Source of the DNA: a bacterium
Lineage (GTDB): Bacteria > Electryoneota > RPQS01
Assembly: GCA_016702305.1 (NCBI GenBank)
Contig: JADJEH010000001.1
Span: forward strand, 395,797 to 459,796
DNA length: 64,000 nt
Reading direction: 5' to 3'
Position 1 is the stretch's first letter. Each line of letters starts with the position of its first letter. A program made the translations under genes and the position numbers. Under the pieces are notes generated by a model. It searched no databases. It had not been told where the DNA came from and worked only from the letters and a program-made list of their open reading frames with translations. Of the stretch, positions 18,801 to 33,800 are shown piece by piece.

Positions 18801-21800
18801 CCTGCTCGGACCGAGCCGCTGCCCGCGCATTGTTGGCCCGATCGAGTTCTGGTACTACGATCCGGATACGGTGTTCTCGCTGGAAGCGGACATCAACGCC
18901 AACTACACCGATATTTTCAATTTCGACAATTTCGGCCCGATGCCTGATTGGAACGCATTCTCCCCGGGTTCGGTTGACTCGGCCGGTGCGTACAATTCGA
19001 TGACCAATCCGGCTCATGATCAGGTCCATGACTCGATCTGGGTGCGTTTGCTGATTGACACCCTGTCCATCACGCAGGCTGACAACTTCGGCGACCCGTT
19101 CGACGATGACGTTTACCATGATACCCTGGTGGTCGAGTTCCGTAATCCGGACAACTCGCGTTCGCGTTACGTGCGCAAGCCGTTGTTCCGCCCGGGTCCG
19201 ACGTGTACGAATTATGACGGCATCCCGCCCTGCCAGGATCCGCCGGACAACACGATCTACGACGGCCGTCTTGAACTGGACGAGCATGTCCAGGCCCTGG
19301 CCGAGTTCCGCTATATGTGGAACGGCACGTGGTTCGTGAATGCCGGTGCTGACAGCCAGATGCTGGTGCCGATCACTGGTCAGGACACAATCATTGTGGC
19401 CGCCTGGACGGTTGACGGCGACTCGATGGTGGATTCGATTTCGGTTGACTCGATCTTCTTCCTGGTCTGCGACACGACGTTTGCGGAGCTGGACGTTGAC
19501 AACGAAAATCCGGAATTCCTCGAATGGACCGGCATTGCGGCCGGCGTTCGCGAAGAAGATACGCATAGCACAGCTACGGTAGATAATATCGGCTGGGACG
19601 GCGATTGCGGTTTCCGCTACGCAGAAGGCGACACCTTCCAGCTCGTTGTGCGTGCCAGTGAACAGGTTCACTACGATTCGTTGGCCTATCCAAATACTGA
19701 CGGCTCCGACTATGGTGTCGGCGGTATCGGTGACTGGATTGAAACGGGTCAATGGCAGATCTCGCTTGTGGATAGCACGGCTGGTCTGCTGATTGAGAAT
19801 CCCGACAATCCGGGTACCTACGTTACGGTCGAATTGCTCTCGGTGACGCCGGATAGTCTGGCCAACAACGAGTGGCAGTACACCTTGGTGGGTACGCTGT
19901 CGAATCTGCCGGTTGATACATTCATCTATAATGCATGTTTCGTGATCCGCGGCGCGTGGGACCAGGGTGGTAACCCGGGTCGCTACAACGAGCCGTCGTT
20001 CAGCGATGCATTTGAAGATGACAGCTTCGAAGATACAACCTTCTGTCTGCATTTGATTCCGTGTGATCCGTGGGCGGCCGGTTGTCCGGACGTCTATGGG
20101 CCGGACAATATCCTGGGTTGGATCGCGCCGGAAGATACGAACATCACGGTTTGCGCGACGATTATCGAAACGTGCGAACTGACGATGTGCACGCCGGGCG
20201 TGCGTGAGGATTCGCTGCGCGTGGTCGAAGGCGACTTCCAGCGTATCACGGACGACCCGAATCCGTGGATTCTCCCGGATTCAGTCGGCGACTGGTTCAT
20301 CTACTATGGTCCGTTCGGCGACAGCCTCGGCTGGGCCCGTATGTACTATTGGCAGTTGCGCGCTGACTCCTCGGATCTGGCCACTATCTGGTGCGACGGC
20401 GACTTCCTCGACTTCGAGATTCGCTTCGTCAGCTGGGAAGGTGTTCGCGATTCGATGACGTTTGACGAATGCGTGCAGGTTGACGTGAACGAGCCGCGCT
20501 GGGTTGAGTGGAATCTGTATGACAGCACGGGCACGATCCTTGATGAATTGGACGGCGCGCTGCCGTGCGCTCAGCCTGACCAGACGATGACCCTGATGGG
20601 TTGCGTGTGGGATAGCGGTGTTGATTGCGAAGACGGTGAAGGTATCGGCGTTGACACGTCCATGATCTGGGCTGACCTGTCCCAGTTGCTGCAAGACGCG
20701 GCCGCTGACTCGGTCGAGCCGGATTGCGTGGTTGTCCAGGGTATCTACACAGGCGTCTATCCGTATGTCGGACCGCCGGTGCAGATTTTCGACAATAGCA
20801 CGTCAACCGCGGAAATTAATGACCCAGATGCTGGTGACATTCTCGATGTCAATGTGACGATCGGCGATCTCCAGCATACCTACGTCGGTGACTTGGCCCT
20901 TATCCTTGAGAGCCCGAATGGAACGCAAGTAACCCTCGTGAACGATGAAGGTGGCGACGGCAATAACTTTGTCGGTGTGATCTTTGATGACGAAGCGGCT
21001 ACTGATATTACGTCCATCAGCGCTTCGGATGATCCGTTTACTGGTTCGTACTATCCGGAAGGTTCGCTCAGTGACTTCGACGGTGAGAATCCCAACGGTG
21101 TTTGGACGCTCTATGTCAATGACGACACTGGTGTGGATGAAGGCTTCCTCAATAGCTGGTCGCTTGAGATCACCTATCAGAACGGACCGGAACTCAAGGT
21201 TCAGGCGTTCTGGACGTTCGTACCCGACTCGCAGTTCTTCTGTATCAATACGGTGGATCCGTGGTTCCGCTTCCATGCGGCCCATGACATCATCGGTCAC
21301 CATGACCGTGAGCTGTACATGCAGGATACGCTGAACTTCTGCAGCGACTGCGTTCCGCCGTACATCTATAATGCCGAAGTCTACTGTGAATGCGACACGT
21401 TGCTCGCCGGTGTGGATCCGGAAGAGGAACAGGGCGACCTGCACTTCTTGAGCACGGGCTCAGATGTCCGCATGGTGGTCAACATCGCCGACGTGGACAG
21501 CGATTCGAGCCTCGGCTTGGCCTACGACTTCATGTGGGCAGACCTGTCGTCCATTGACACGACACTTAGCTGGGAGCAGGGTGCCTGCTTCTGGTCAACT
21601 GAGACCGAAGCTGGTGACACGACCGTCGTGATTTGGGGTGATGTGACTGACTGTGCCGCGCCGGGCTTCTGCGCGGGCAACACGCCGATCGAATTGAACG
21701 CGGTCTATAACAATGGCGAAACGATCTATGTCCGCTTTGCCTTGGCCGACAGTGCCGGCAATGTTGACACCGTGTTGTATGCGGTCGGTGTTTACGACTC

Positions 21801-24800
21801 GCTGCCGCCGATTGTTGACTTTATCTACACGATTGGTGATGACTCGATCCGCGGCTATGTGTCGCCGGGCGATGATCACATTCATGTCTTCGCAGACATC
21901 AACGGTTACGCCGCTGACCTCGTCAGTGCGCCGGAACATGTTTGGGCTGACTTCTCGCAGTTCCAGTGCGACTCGGCGTCGAAGTCCTGGTATGACACGG
22001 TCTATGCCAACTACGTCGAAGACCTCGGCGGCGGCAACTTCCGTGCATGGTGGGGCTGGTACCCGGGCAGCTGGACTGGCGATCCGTTCGATCTGACCTA
22101 TTTGATCCCGGGCGACACGACGTCGCTGCCGTGGGATACGCTGTCGGCCTGCGAATCCTGCTCAACGTGGGAGATCGGCGCCGAAGGTACCTATGACTCG
22201 CTGTGGGTCTACGTAACTGACGCTGCTTGCAACGCCGGTCAGCACTTCAATGTCTGGGAAGCGTCGGGTTGCGACTCGACCACTCCGGGTCTGGACAGCG
22301 TCTGGGTTTGGGGTAACAACTGTGAAGTCGGCTGGATTTCGTCCACGCCGCTCGACAGTGGTCACATCGAAGTCTGGGCTTGGATGGACACAACGTTCAA
22401 CGAGCTGATTGACACGTTGATGATTGACTCGCTCCAAGTAAATCTGATTCAGCTTGGTTCGCCGCGCTGGGATCACACCAACTGGTCCACGCCGGAGTTC
22501 TTCGGTGGTTGGCCGGTCTATGGCACGGATCCGACGCCGGACTCGACCAAGTGGGAGATCATTGAAGTTGACGGCCGCAACCGCCTGGTCGGGAAGTGGC
22601 TGTGGTTGACCGCGGACGGTATGGGCGACTGCGAGCAGGTTATCGTTCCGGTGAAGTCTATTCGCCAGACGGGCCTGGGCGGTTCGCACGGATATTATAT
22701 GGATGTCGAATACGGCTACGCCCGTGTTGACACCACGCGTCCGGTCATCTATGATATGCGCGTCCACTCGAACACGACGACGATTGCCGAAACGACGTGG
22801 GTGACGCCGAACTATCCGCTGTGCGTGGAGTTCTGGGCTTACGATACCTCGTGCGATCCGGAAGAAACCGATCATATCGGCTTCGACCTGACGCATGGTG
22901 AAGGCGGCCCCGGACCGTGGATCTCTTTCCAGTGCGGTGGCATTCTGGATTCGCTGTGGACGTGGGACACGACCGCGTTCGAAGTGACCTGGTACAACGG
23001 CTGGAACGGCGTGGATCCGATCGACCTTGATTCGGCTTCGCGTGCGGACAGCATCTGCATTAAGTTCACGGGTCAGCCGGTCTATGACGACTCGTGCAAC
23101 GCGATTGATTTGGATGATCTCGAAGGCTGCGTCACCGCGTACATCGAAGACTGTCTGTCGAACCCGGCCGTCCCGGTTACGAAGACTGTCACGACGGACG
23201 ACCGTCCGCCGATGTTCGTCAACAGCTTGCCGTGGGGTGATTACACGATCGCGACGGGCTTCCCCGGCGATCCGGACATCAACGGCATTGACTCGGTGCT
23301 GGTTCTGCAGAATTCGAACTACGGTCTGGACTGGGATAGCACGATGTTCGTCTACGTCATCGTAGACAACGCTCCGGGCGACACGCTGATGTCGTGGGAG
23401 AAGACGTACATTGACTTCACGGGCTTCATGAATGACGCCCTGCAGTATCCGGACTCAATCTACTACAACATTGATGGCAACCACCGCGACTCGATCCTGT
23501 GGGTTATCCCGCTGTACGACGACATGGGCGGCGGAGCGCTGTTCAATACGAATATCGTCTCGGATCGCTACTGGTGGCATCTGTACCTGAGCGACTCGCT
23601 GTGCAACCGTGCATCGTTCTACTGCATGGACCTCGACAGCGCAGTCTCGTTCACGATCCAGAACTGGACGTCGCCGACGACCGGTATGCTGCTGCTGTGC
23701 GATTCGAATACGGTGGCCGGCTCGGACACGGACTTTGTTGACATGTTCAACATGGATCTGTGGAATAACGAAAAGGTCTCGCCGGACGAAGCGAAGGAAA
23801 ATCTCTACAAGATCTGGTACAGCGATGACAGCGGCTTCTGGAACTGGTACTCGCATGAAGATGTGAACCAAACGCGCTTCTTCGTGTTTGTCGAAGACAC
23901 GGTCCTCCAGAGCGACGACATTGACAACGACAACGACGGTCTCTTTGACGAAACAGGCGAAGGTGTGGACTTCTACACCGCCGACCTGCGCATCAACGAG
24001 TTCCCGCAAGTTGGCCACGTTGACTCGATGAACGTTGAAGGCGTGTGGATTAACTACCTGTGGTTCGCTGATAACTTCAGTGAAGGCCGCTATGATGTGA
24101 AGCTGTACATCAGCGACATCTATGGCCACCGCGACACGCTGGCGTGTGGCGACTTCGCACTGACGTTCTATGAAGACGAAACCTGCCCGTACGGTACCGA
24201 TATCTATGCGTATGACGCGGACGAGACCGATACCAACCTCGTAACCTGGTGCTGGAACGGCGCGTTTACGGGAAGTGTGTCCCCGAATGGATTCACGGCA
24301 GACGACAGTATCTTCGTCGGTGACGACTTTGATTCGTTGGTCGTCTTCCTCTACGATCCGATAATTCTTGACCAATACGCGCGTGGTTCGGGTGTGGACT
24401 TTGACACCACGACCACCGTGGACAGCACGAACTGGAACGCCGGTCTGGCGTCTTCGGTCCGCTTGCTTGATCCGAATGGCGCAGAAGTGGCCTTCGTACA
24501 GGTCTATGACACGTCGGATGGTTTCGCTTACGACTCCAAGCCGATCTACCTGATTGACCCGACCGGCAACGCGTTGGAAGGTCATCCGGACGGCGAGTAC
24601 ACGATCAACGTGGTCGCCCTCGACAATATGGGCAACAGCTGCGAGTACAACTGGACATTCGTCCTTGATCGCACCTGCCCGGATATCGCCGACTTCTTTG
24701 TGACGCATCCTGGCCAGATCGTTCCGCAGGCTGACCTGTTCACTTCGTGGGACTATGTCGAGCTGCGCGCGAACGTCTTTGACTCTCTGGGCGTCTTTGA

Positions 24801-27800
24801 GAACGTCCGCTTTGACTATGCCTTCGACGCCAACCGTGACGGCGAGGTGGATGCCTACACCTACTGGCAGACGCGTAACATCTGGGTTAGCGGAAGCTCG
24901 TCGGAAGATGGTCATCCGGAATGGCCGTACGCGGCTTACTGGAATATCCGTAACCTGACATGGAACAGCGAAGACACGCTCGGCCTGCCGCCGGTCAATC
25001 CGGACAGCTGTCTGAACACGTGGTTCGTGCGCGTCCATGCGTGGGACAAGTTCGGTAACTACTGTGCTGACACGATTACGGTTCACATTACTGACGATAT
25101 CGCCCCGCTGGCTTATATCAGCAATGTGGATGGTGACGATACTCCGCAGAGTGCATTGATTGAGTGCTTCGAGCCGAACGTTGATACCGATTCGCTCGTT
25201 GAACTGCGTGCCTTTGACTTCCAGGGTGGTCTCTATGATCCGCTGCCGGGCGACACGACGTTTGCCGTGTTCTCGTACAGCAACCCCGAAACCGACCTCT
25301 ACTTTGACAGCAGTGATCCCTATGAAACGACGATTCAGGTCACCGAAGACTTCTCGCTGCTTGACGTAAACGTCGTCCTCGAGAACCTGGATGGTCCCTA
25401 TCAGGGTTGCCTCTATGTCGAGTTGGAAAGCCCGAATGGTACCATTGTTACCCTGATGGACGATCAAGGTGAGTGGTACTGGGAATGGACGGAAGCTGAC
25501 ATCGTCCTCGACGACGAAGCGTTCATGGGTATGGAATTCTACGGCGATGAGTTTGCGGACAACGACGCATACTGGCCGTACGAAAACCTGTCTGTGTTCG
25601 ATGGCGAAAGCTCCCTGGGTACGTGGACCCTCCGCGTTTGGGATGACTGTGGTTATTCGGGTGAGCTGGGTGGTTGGGGCCTTGTCCTGACCGAGCGCCC
25701 GATTGGTGGTTTGGCGACGTATCAGTGGTTCGATCTGGCCAAGGGTATGTTCCAGTTCAAGTACTTCGAAGCGCCGGGCGTTTATACGCCGGGCAATGCT
25801 GATCCGGCCACCGGCTGGGTGACCATCCAGACCCCGGGTCAGGATTCGGTGACCTACCGTCAACCGGGCAGCGAAGACTTCGTCGCGATGTGGAACATTG
25901 CCGGTCTGCAGAGCCATCAGTACAACCTGCGCTTCTTGTCCGCCGACGTTTGCGATAACGTCGACGCTCTGAACACGCCGGTGATCACGGTGCGCATCGA
26001 ATGCGATACCACCGCGCCGCTTGCTCTGATTTGCTTCCCGACGCCTGATCTGTGTGTGACGAACATGCACTGTGACACCACTGCGTGGGTCCCGGTTCAG
26101 TCCACCGCCCCGATCATGTCGGATGTTGATTCGATTGCCTACTTCTTCGTCGACTCGCTTTCGGTTCCGGGCCTGGGTATCCACCAGTTCATCGGCGGAA
26201 CGAATAGCGCGGACAGCGTCGTGAGCGGCTGGGCGTACTACCACTCGACGGCTTGGAACACCGACAACTTGTTGTCCGGTTGGTACTGGCTGTATGCAGT
26301 GGCCTATGATGACGCCGGCTTGTATGACACCGATCCGATTTGGACCCGCGTCTTCGTGGACAACACGGCGCCGATGGTTACCGAATGCTGGATTGGCGAC
26401 TACAACAGTGGTGATATGTTCGCCTCGATTCAGACGGTGGGCGAAGGTAACTACTTCTATCTGCGCGCCAACGCTGAAGACAATATCGGCCTTGACCACA
26501 ACTGTGGCATCTCGGGTGTTCAGTTCCAGTTCCTGGATCGCTTCGGCAACTGGAAGAACCTCGAATCTGCGAACGATTGGTACGAAGCTTGGGGTGCTGA
26601 CGTCTATTGTGACTGGAACTACGGCTTCGTCTACGAGCCGAGCAGTAATGGTTACTACGAACTCGGCGTGTACTTCCAGGACTTCGGCAATAGCCCGCTG
26701 GACAGTGTTCGCTTCCGTGCCTACGCCATTGACAACATCGAAGGCGAAGGCTGGGGCCAGAACAATACGCAGGGTGATGCGAACCGTGACTGCAACCTGG
26801 ATCGTGATCTGACCTGTGGCGAAGAAATCTGCTGCAGTGCCATCGAGATCCGTGACGCTCTGCCGGAAGGCACGAATCTGTGGTGCTTCAACCACGCGTG
26901 GTTCCAGTGGGGTCTGCCGCAGTACAGCGCGCCGACGACGCCGATCTTTGACGGCGACAAGTTCTCTGTCTGCAACTACCAGACGCCGCTTGACACGATG
27001 CTCTTCGTGGCCAATGTCCATGAAGATGTCGAAGACGAATGGCTGATGTACTTCAAGTACTGGCGTGCTGACGGCAGCACCGACACGTTCGACATCCCGA
27101 ACGACTTCACCCTGAACCCGGCTCTGCCGCGCAACGCTGATGGCGCCGTCGTTCTGGAAAGCACGTGGGATAGCGTCTATGTCGTGTGGACCGGCGCGCG
27201 CGCCTGGTTGGATTCGGCTGACGCCGCTGACGGTCTTGAGTACGCGCGTTGGGACTTCGTCGCTTATGTCGAAGACCTGACGGGTAATCAGGAGCCGTGG
27301 TGGAGCCAGAACACTTGCTTCATCAACACCTTCTGCCCGCCGAACACGCCGATTACGGATGTTACCTACGTCACGAACGACGTGGCCGATCCGGAAAACC
27401 GGGTGCGCGTGACTGAAGAAGTCTCGTGGCAGGATGATGTGACGGATACGGTTGAGGTTCTCTACAACCGCACGACGGATTATGGTTCTAACGATCCAGA
27501 AGCGCTGGTCCAGTTCTATGTGGACGCCGACGCTATCCGTAACTGCCACGCTGACAGCTTCGATGTCTTCAACGTCGAACTCTGGCAGCTTGCCGACAAC
27601 GGCGAACTCGAAGCGCTGTGCGATGAAGGCGAACTGGTTGACTTTGACTACTTCAGTTCCTTCAAGGCATGGGATCAGTTCCCGCCGGATATGGGTACCG
27701 AGCAGTATGAATTCGGAGTTTACTTCGACAATTCGTACGCGCCGGGCACGTATAACTTCGCGGTGGTTGTCAACTGGGTCGGCTACGACGGCGTTGAGCT

Positions 27801-30800
27801 TGACACGCTGAACGAAGGCGACACTGACTGCGACGGCAGCGTGGAAGAATCCGACTTCACGCGTATTGACCTTGTTGTCCGTATCGTGAACGTCAACGAG
27901 CCGCAGGTTGTGTTCTGTTACCCGAACTACGGCGATGTATGCGGTGCGCACAACACCGTTCCGCTGTCGGCTAACGACGTGTCCGATCCGAACTACTTCT
28001 CGGGCGACATTGACACCGTGTGGTTCCAGCGCTGGGATGGCGATTCGTGGGTGGCTGTCACCGACGCGATCACCGGCCGCTCGTACGACACGCAGCCGGG
28101 CACTGCCACCGTGCGCTTCGAACTCGATGAGAAGGAAGTGCCTGGTATGGCCGGCTGGTACTACAACATGAGCGGGAACAACACGGACCCGGTGTACTCA
28201 TGGTACGCCGACCGCGACCTGTTCCCCGACGTGGCTGTGTATATTTGGGAACTCGACCAGTTCTTCCCGATGGCCGACGGCGGCGCGGGCTTCTGGACGG
28301 CCGACATCTACCTGAACCACGGCGACGACGCGTGTTACAACTACTCGTTCGTCATTGACGCCAACGACAATAACATCTGGGAAAATCCCGGCACCGACCG
28401 CTGGGTTGACGATCCGCGTAATCTCGATTGGGAAGACCAGGATCCGATTGCCTACGACCGCTGCTCCGATGACCAACTTGATTCGTACGAAAGCTACGAG
28501 ACTGCATTCTCGACGCTGTGTCTGTGCGAATACGTTATTAACTTCAACAGTATCACCGTCGGCGACGGTCACCACGAGTTCCGCACTGTGGTCGGCTGGC
28601 ACGACGATGTGGCCTACCATGTGATCGAAAACCCGGCGCCGGGCGACTCGCTGCACGTGTTCTTCGTGGATAACGATGAGCCGGGTGCGACGCACGACAT
28701 CGAGTTCGATAACTTCTGGTTGAATGGTGGCCGCTGCGACACTGAAGACTTTGCCTACTTCGTGACCGACATTCAGCCGGTGGATGGCGACTACAGACTC
28801 GTGGTCGAAGACATCTGCGCGGTCATCTATCAGGTTTCGCTGACTTCGAATCCGCAGCAGGATTCGAGCTGGCGCAACGTGTACACGGTGTACTCGAATG
28901 ACGACATGGGTTGGACCGAGGCTTGGCCGGGCGAATGGGAAGCCTACAACCCGCTCGAAGACGATATTGACAACGACGGCGACGGCCTCGTGGACGAAAC
29001 CTACGACGTTCAGGCCGGTGATGGCCGCGGCGAAGAGAACACGCTGTTCTGGAGCCGTTCGATCGTAACCGACCATTGCGGCAACACGTACTGCACGAAT
29101 GCCGAAAGTCTGTGGGTGGACGTCAGCGAGCCGCGTGCCTGCGTCGAATTGATCGGTGGTATTGAGCCCGGCGTGAACGGTAACGATGTCATCATCGTTC
29201 CGGACAGCCGTGATCTCGAAATCGTCGCGGTCAATCAGGATTATGCGGGCTTCGATCCGTCTATCCTGGGCGTCTTCCAGTACCGTACGCTGAACCCGAT
29301 CGGCCCGTGGACGAACATCCAGGCTGACGAGGCGAGCAATGACACCACGCGTCACGACGGCGACACGCTGCGCGCGACGTGGGACCTGTTGACCTACTTT
29401 GAAGAGACCGGCAACGATCCGGAAGGCTGGTACCAGCTGCGCGTCATCGCCATTGACACGGTGAACAACACCGATATGTGCGATAACGACGTCTGCTACG
29501 TCACCATCCGCCTGAACGATAATCAGCCGGCTGCTCGCATCGCGATCCACCAGATCATCAGCGAAGGCGAGGAAGTAGCGAGCTCGTGCACGACTGATTC
29601 CTCTTACTACATGCAGACGGCGGATGACCCGTACTGTATCCAGGCCGTGTTCGCCCCGACGAACATTGATACCGGTTTGGCTTCGATTACCTTCCAGTAT
29701 GCCGAAGTCAGCGGTGATGTGGTCTCGAACTGGCGCAACATCGAAACGATCTATGATCCGATCAATAACGGCCTTAACGGCGACACCACGCAGTGCGTGT
29801 ACTTCCAGCCGCAGCCTGAAGACGTCGGTGATCAGGAGATCTTCTGGATCCGCGCCATCGTGGAAGACTACAATGGCAACGATACGTCCGACGCTGTGGT
29901 TCTGTACATTGACGCTCTGCCGCCGACCGGTGCCGGTACGGCCGTAACGACGGCTGAAGTGGCCACCGCTTGCGGCGACCGCTGCTGGCTCGACATTACG
30001 CCGGGCGCGGCCATGATCAACATGCTGTTCGACGCGGATGAACTGTCCGGCGAATTTAACGAAGACGAAGTCTGGCTGACCGCGGTACGCGAAGACAGCA
30101 ACTACTGGTACAACTTCGGCGCGATGACTCGTTCCGACGACGACGAGTGGTACTTCGACTTTGGTGGTGACCTGTGTGATTACTGGCGCGACCGCCAGGG
30201 CGACGCTGGCCTTGACTACGGTTGCTACATCTTCACGGTGCACTTCACGGATTGCCAGGGCAACGAAGACAGCGTGCAAGTGTCTACGACCTGTGACGGT
30301 CAGACTACGAACCTCGTTTGCATCGATTGCTACCCGGCCGTTCCGGAGCACACTGATATTCAGTCGCTGTCCTTCCAAGGTTACGACTGTGTTGAGGAAG
30401 ACTGGACGACGTTGTACGACAATATCCTTGACGGCACCACTGAAATCGGCGGCGAACAGGCTGTCTCGGTGGCCGGTGTGATTCCGTCCTACGAACAGGA
30501 TATCTGGTACATGGTGCTGTATGTTGAATCGGAAGATGCCGGCGTGGCCGCCACTGCGGTGGACACGTTCTGGTGGAACCCGACCTACAACTCGCACGAA
30601 TACCCGGGCTGGAATATCAGCTGGAACCTCGCTGATACGACGGATGAAGGCGCTGCCATGTACCCGAGCGGTTACTACCGTGTCTGGGCCCGTGCGCACG
30701 ACGCCATCTGCCAGATCGAACCGATCGAAATGCTCGATGAATTCTGGGTGCACGTTGACCACGCTGAACCTGTGGCCGACATCACCGAAGTCAACGGCGA

Positions 30801-33800
30801 GCCGGTGACCGAAGAGAACACCTGGATCGAAATCAACGCCGGCGAAGACAACCCCGCCACGTTGTGGATCGAGTGGACCGATGGTCTCAACCCGGATGAC
30901 TCGACGCAGACCAATAACATCGTCGAACTCTGGTGCAAGAATATCTGGCACCCGAACCAAGCTGACGCGTGGACGCAGTGCGGCACCATTCCGAGCCCGT
31001 GCAACCCGCATTATGCCGAGCTTGACCTGACCAACATCACTTGCGGCGATTCCCTGCACGTCATTGCGATTGCCCAGGATCGTTGGGAGAACGGTGACCT
31101 TGACGTCGAACGCGTCATGAGCGCCTTTGATGAAGGTCACGCGATTAATATCTACATCTTCGATACGACCCCGCCGTCCTCGATGGTTTGGTCGGTCGGT
31201 CTCACCGAAGAACCGTGGTGTGATGATGACCGCGACCAGGGCGTTAACGGCCTGTGGATCGTGGATCAGCAGACCAACACGGTCAGCGTCGGCGCACTGG
31301 GTGACATTCATGACATCTGGCTGCAGGCCTTCACGACGATCGGTGACGATTGGCCGAGCATCAACGGCGACGTCGAGCGCGTGTACTTCGAGTACAGCTT
31401 CGACGGGACGACGTGGTTTGAAATCGGTGTTGACGAGGAAGACAGCGAACCGTGCGCGTGGGAAGGCGAACAGCCGAACCCGTGGTGGGACGGTGTTGAC
31501 CATGACATCTTCTGGTCTGTGGTCTGGGATGTTTCCGGCATGGCCGGCGACGTCTGGGTCCGCAGCTGGGCGCAGGACGAGTGCGGCAATTCGGAGGAAA
31601 TGGAAAGCTACATCGTGTCGTTCGACGTGATGGCTCCGATGGCCCAAGTCTTCGTCTGGGAAAATGGCGTCAACGTTGATCAGCTGGAAACCTGTGATAA
31701 CTGGACCGAGCCGCAGATTGGCGACAGCGTCGAACGCTTCACCATGCTGACGGTGGGTGCTTGTGCCGATGAAGTCGAAGGCGACGCCTACGGTGCGCAT
31801 TGGTTCATCAAGCGCGCTGAAGATCACCCGCTCGAAATGTGGAGCTGGTGCTACTTCGGCGACGATTCGACCGGTCCGTTCTCGGTGAACAATGTTGACC
31901 TGTGGCACAACGACTGCCCGGCGCCGCAACCCGGCCTGTGGTATGACGTTGCAGTGCTGACAACCGATCAGGCCGGCAACGAGCTGACCTGGACGCAGTT
32001 CCTGAACTACGGTCAGGGCATGACGGTCGAAGAAAAGTGGGCGTGGTTGATGGCCAACGGTTATGTCAAGCGCTTCTATGTTGCTGACACGCAGGCCCCG
32101 ACCGCTCACGACCTGCAGGCCACGCCGGATTGCACGCCTGATTCTTCGGTTATCTTCCTCCACGGCGACATTACGCTGACGGCGGAAGTGGATGACGAAG
32201 ATGTCGAAGCCGTTACGTTTGCCTTCCTCGAAGTCGGTTCGAACGGCCCGTGGACGGTGATCGAACGCGCATCGCGTGAACATGGCATCCAGTCCATCCA
32301 AGGTCCGAACGGCGAGTTTGTACTGGCCGAAGGCACTTGGAATACGGAACTGCTGAATGGTACCTACTGGCTCGGCGCGTTCGCGGAAGACAACTTCGGT
32401 AACATGGACGGTGATCTGTCCATGGGTGCTGAAGGTCGCCCGGCGCAGGCCCTGTGGCAGGTGAACATTGATAACGAAGCTCCGGAAGCCCTGATCGTCG
32501 AAGTCTGGCGTGACGGCGTCCCGGTGACGAATATTGAACGCGGCGCTGAACACACCTTTGTGATCAACGCTTCCGATAACTTCGGTCTGCGTCAGGTCCA
32601 GCTCTACTACCGTGCACAAAACGGTGAACCTGCAGCTCTGGCCCTGATTGACACCGATGGAAACTTCCCGTACAGCTTCAACTGGACGGCGCCGACCACG
32701 ATGGTGGTGACCTGGCAGTACGACTTCCTCGCCGTGGCGACTGACCTCTGCGAATGGACGGACATGTACGATGCCCAGGGCAGCTACCTGGTGGATTGGA
32801 CCGCGACGGTGGTGGATGAAGAGGCTAACCTGTCGATCACCACGATCGGCGGCTACCCGGCCGAAGAAACCCCGCACGTCAACGGTGAAAATGTTTGCAT
32901 CGAAGTGTCGAGCGAGCCGAACCTTGATTACGTTCGCTTCGTCTGGATCCGCGGTGGCGACACTACGGAAATCGAGACGATTCAAAACCCGGTTGGCACG
33001 ATCTACTGGAACCTGTGCGGTTGGGATGTGACGACGATTGACGAAGGTCCTGCGCAGCTGTGCGCGATCGGTTCCGCCGACCTCGGCGGTGACCTGGTCA
33101 CCATGGCCCAAGACTGCCGCAACATCGTCATTGATCACAGTCTGACCTGGACGTTGACGGACAATATGCCGGATTCGCATGGCTTGGTGGGCGGCTACTG
33201 CTCGCTTACCCGACCGCTGGCGATTGACGGTAATCCGGATGACATCTGGGTGCGTTTCAACAACCAGCTTACCGATGCTGGTCTTGACACGGTGTGGTTC
33301 GAATGGAAGAACGCTGCTGATCCGAACGACGATACGTTCTGGTCAGGAATCGGCTACGCCTATCAGGATGCCGGTGTGACAGGCAATTGGATCTACTCGT
33401 GGGATGCCTACGACTACTTCGAAGGTTCCTGCCTTACGATCAGCCTGCGCGCGGTCCTGAGCGACAACGCCGTCCCGACCTCGAACCTTGCCTACGTGCT
33501 GTTTGCTGACAGCGTCCGCGTAGATAACTGCCCGCCGGATGTCCAGTTCACCAACGTGAACGGTGACATGTCACCGGAAGGTACGGTTGTCCCGTGGGGC
33601 GAAATTGTCAACATGGTCGCTACGGCCCAAGACATCTTTGGTAACGGCGGCAACAGTGATGTGGACAGCGTCTGCTTCTACGGCGGCAATACCGTTGACG
33701 AAGTTGACCTGATTTCGTGCGACACGCAAGGCCCGCTGTGGTCGGCGCAAGTGGCGACGACCGATATCGGCCCGAACAACAACTACTACCTCCGTGTGGT

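Noticed and set aside
23455-27951. A 1,498-aa ORF on the minus strand inside the giant gene
   Set aside because: Its codons are exactly aligned antisense to the sense codons (end coordinate divisible by 3; sense codons start at 1 mod 3). Stops can arise only from sense TTA, CTA or TCA, which this GC-rich gene avoids. The translation is R/V/H/D-rich with no motifs, and no SD or promoter is present. It is an artefact of codon usage.
28198-33180. A 1,660-aa minus-strand ORF inside the giant gene
   Set aside because: It has the same codon-aligned antisense geometry and low-information composition as 23455..27951. It is not a gene.
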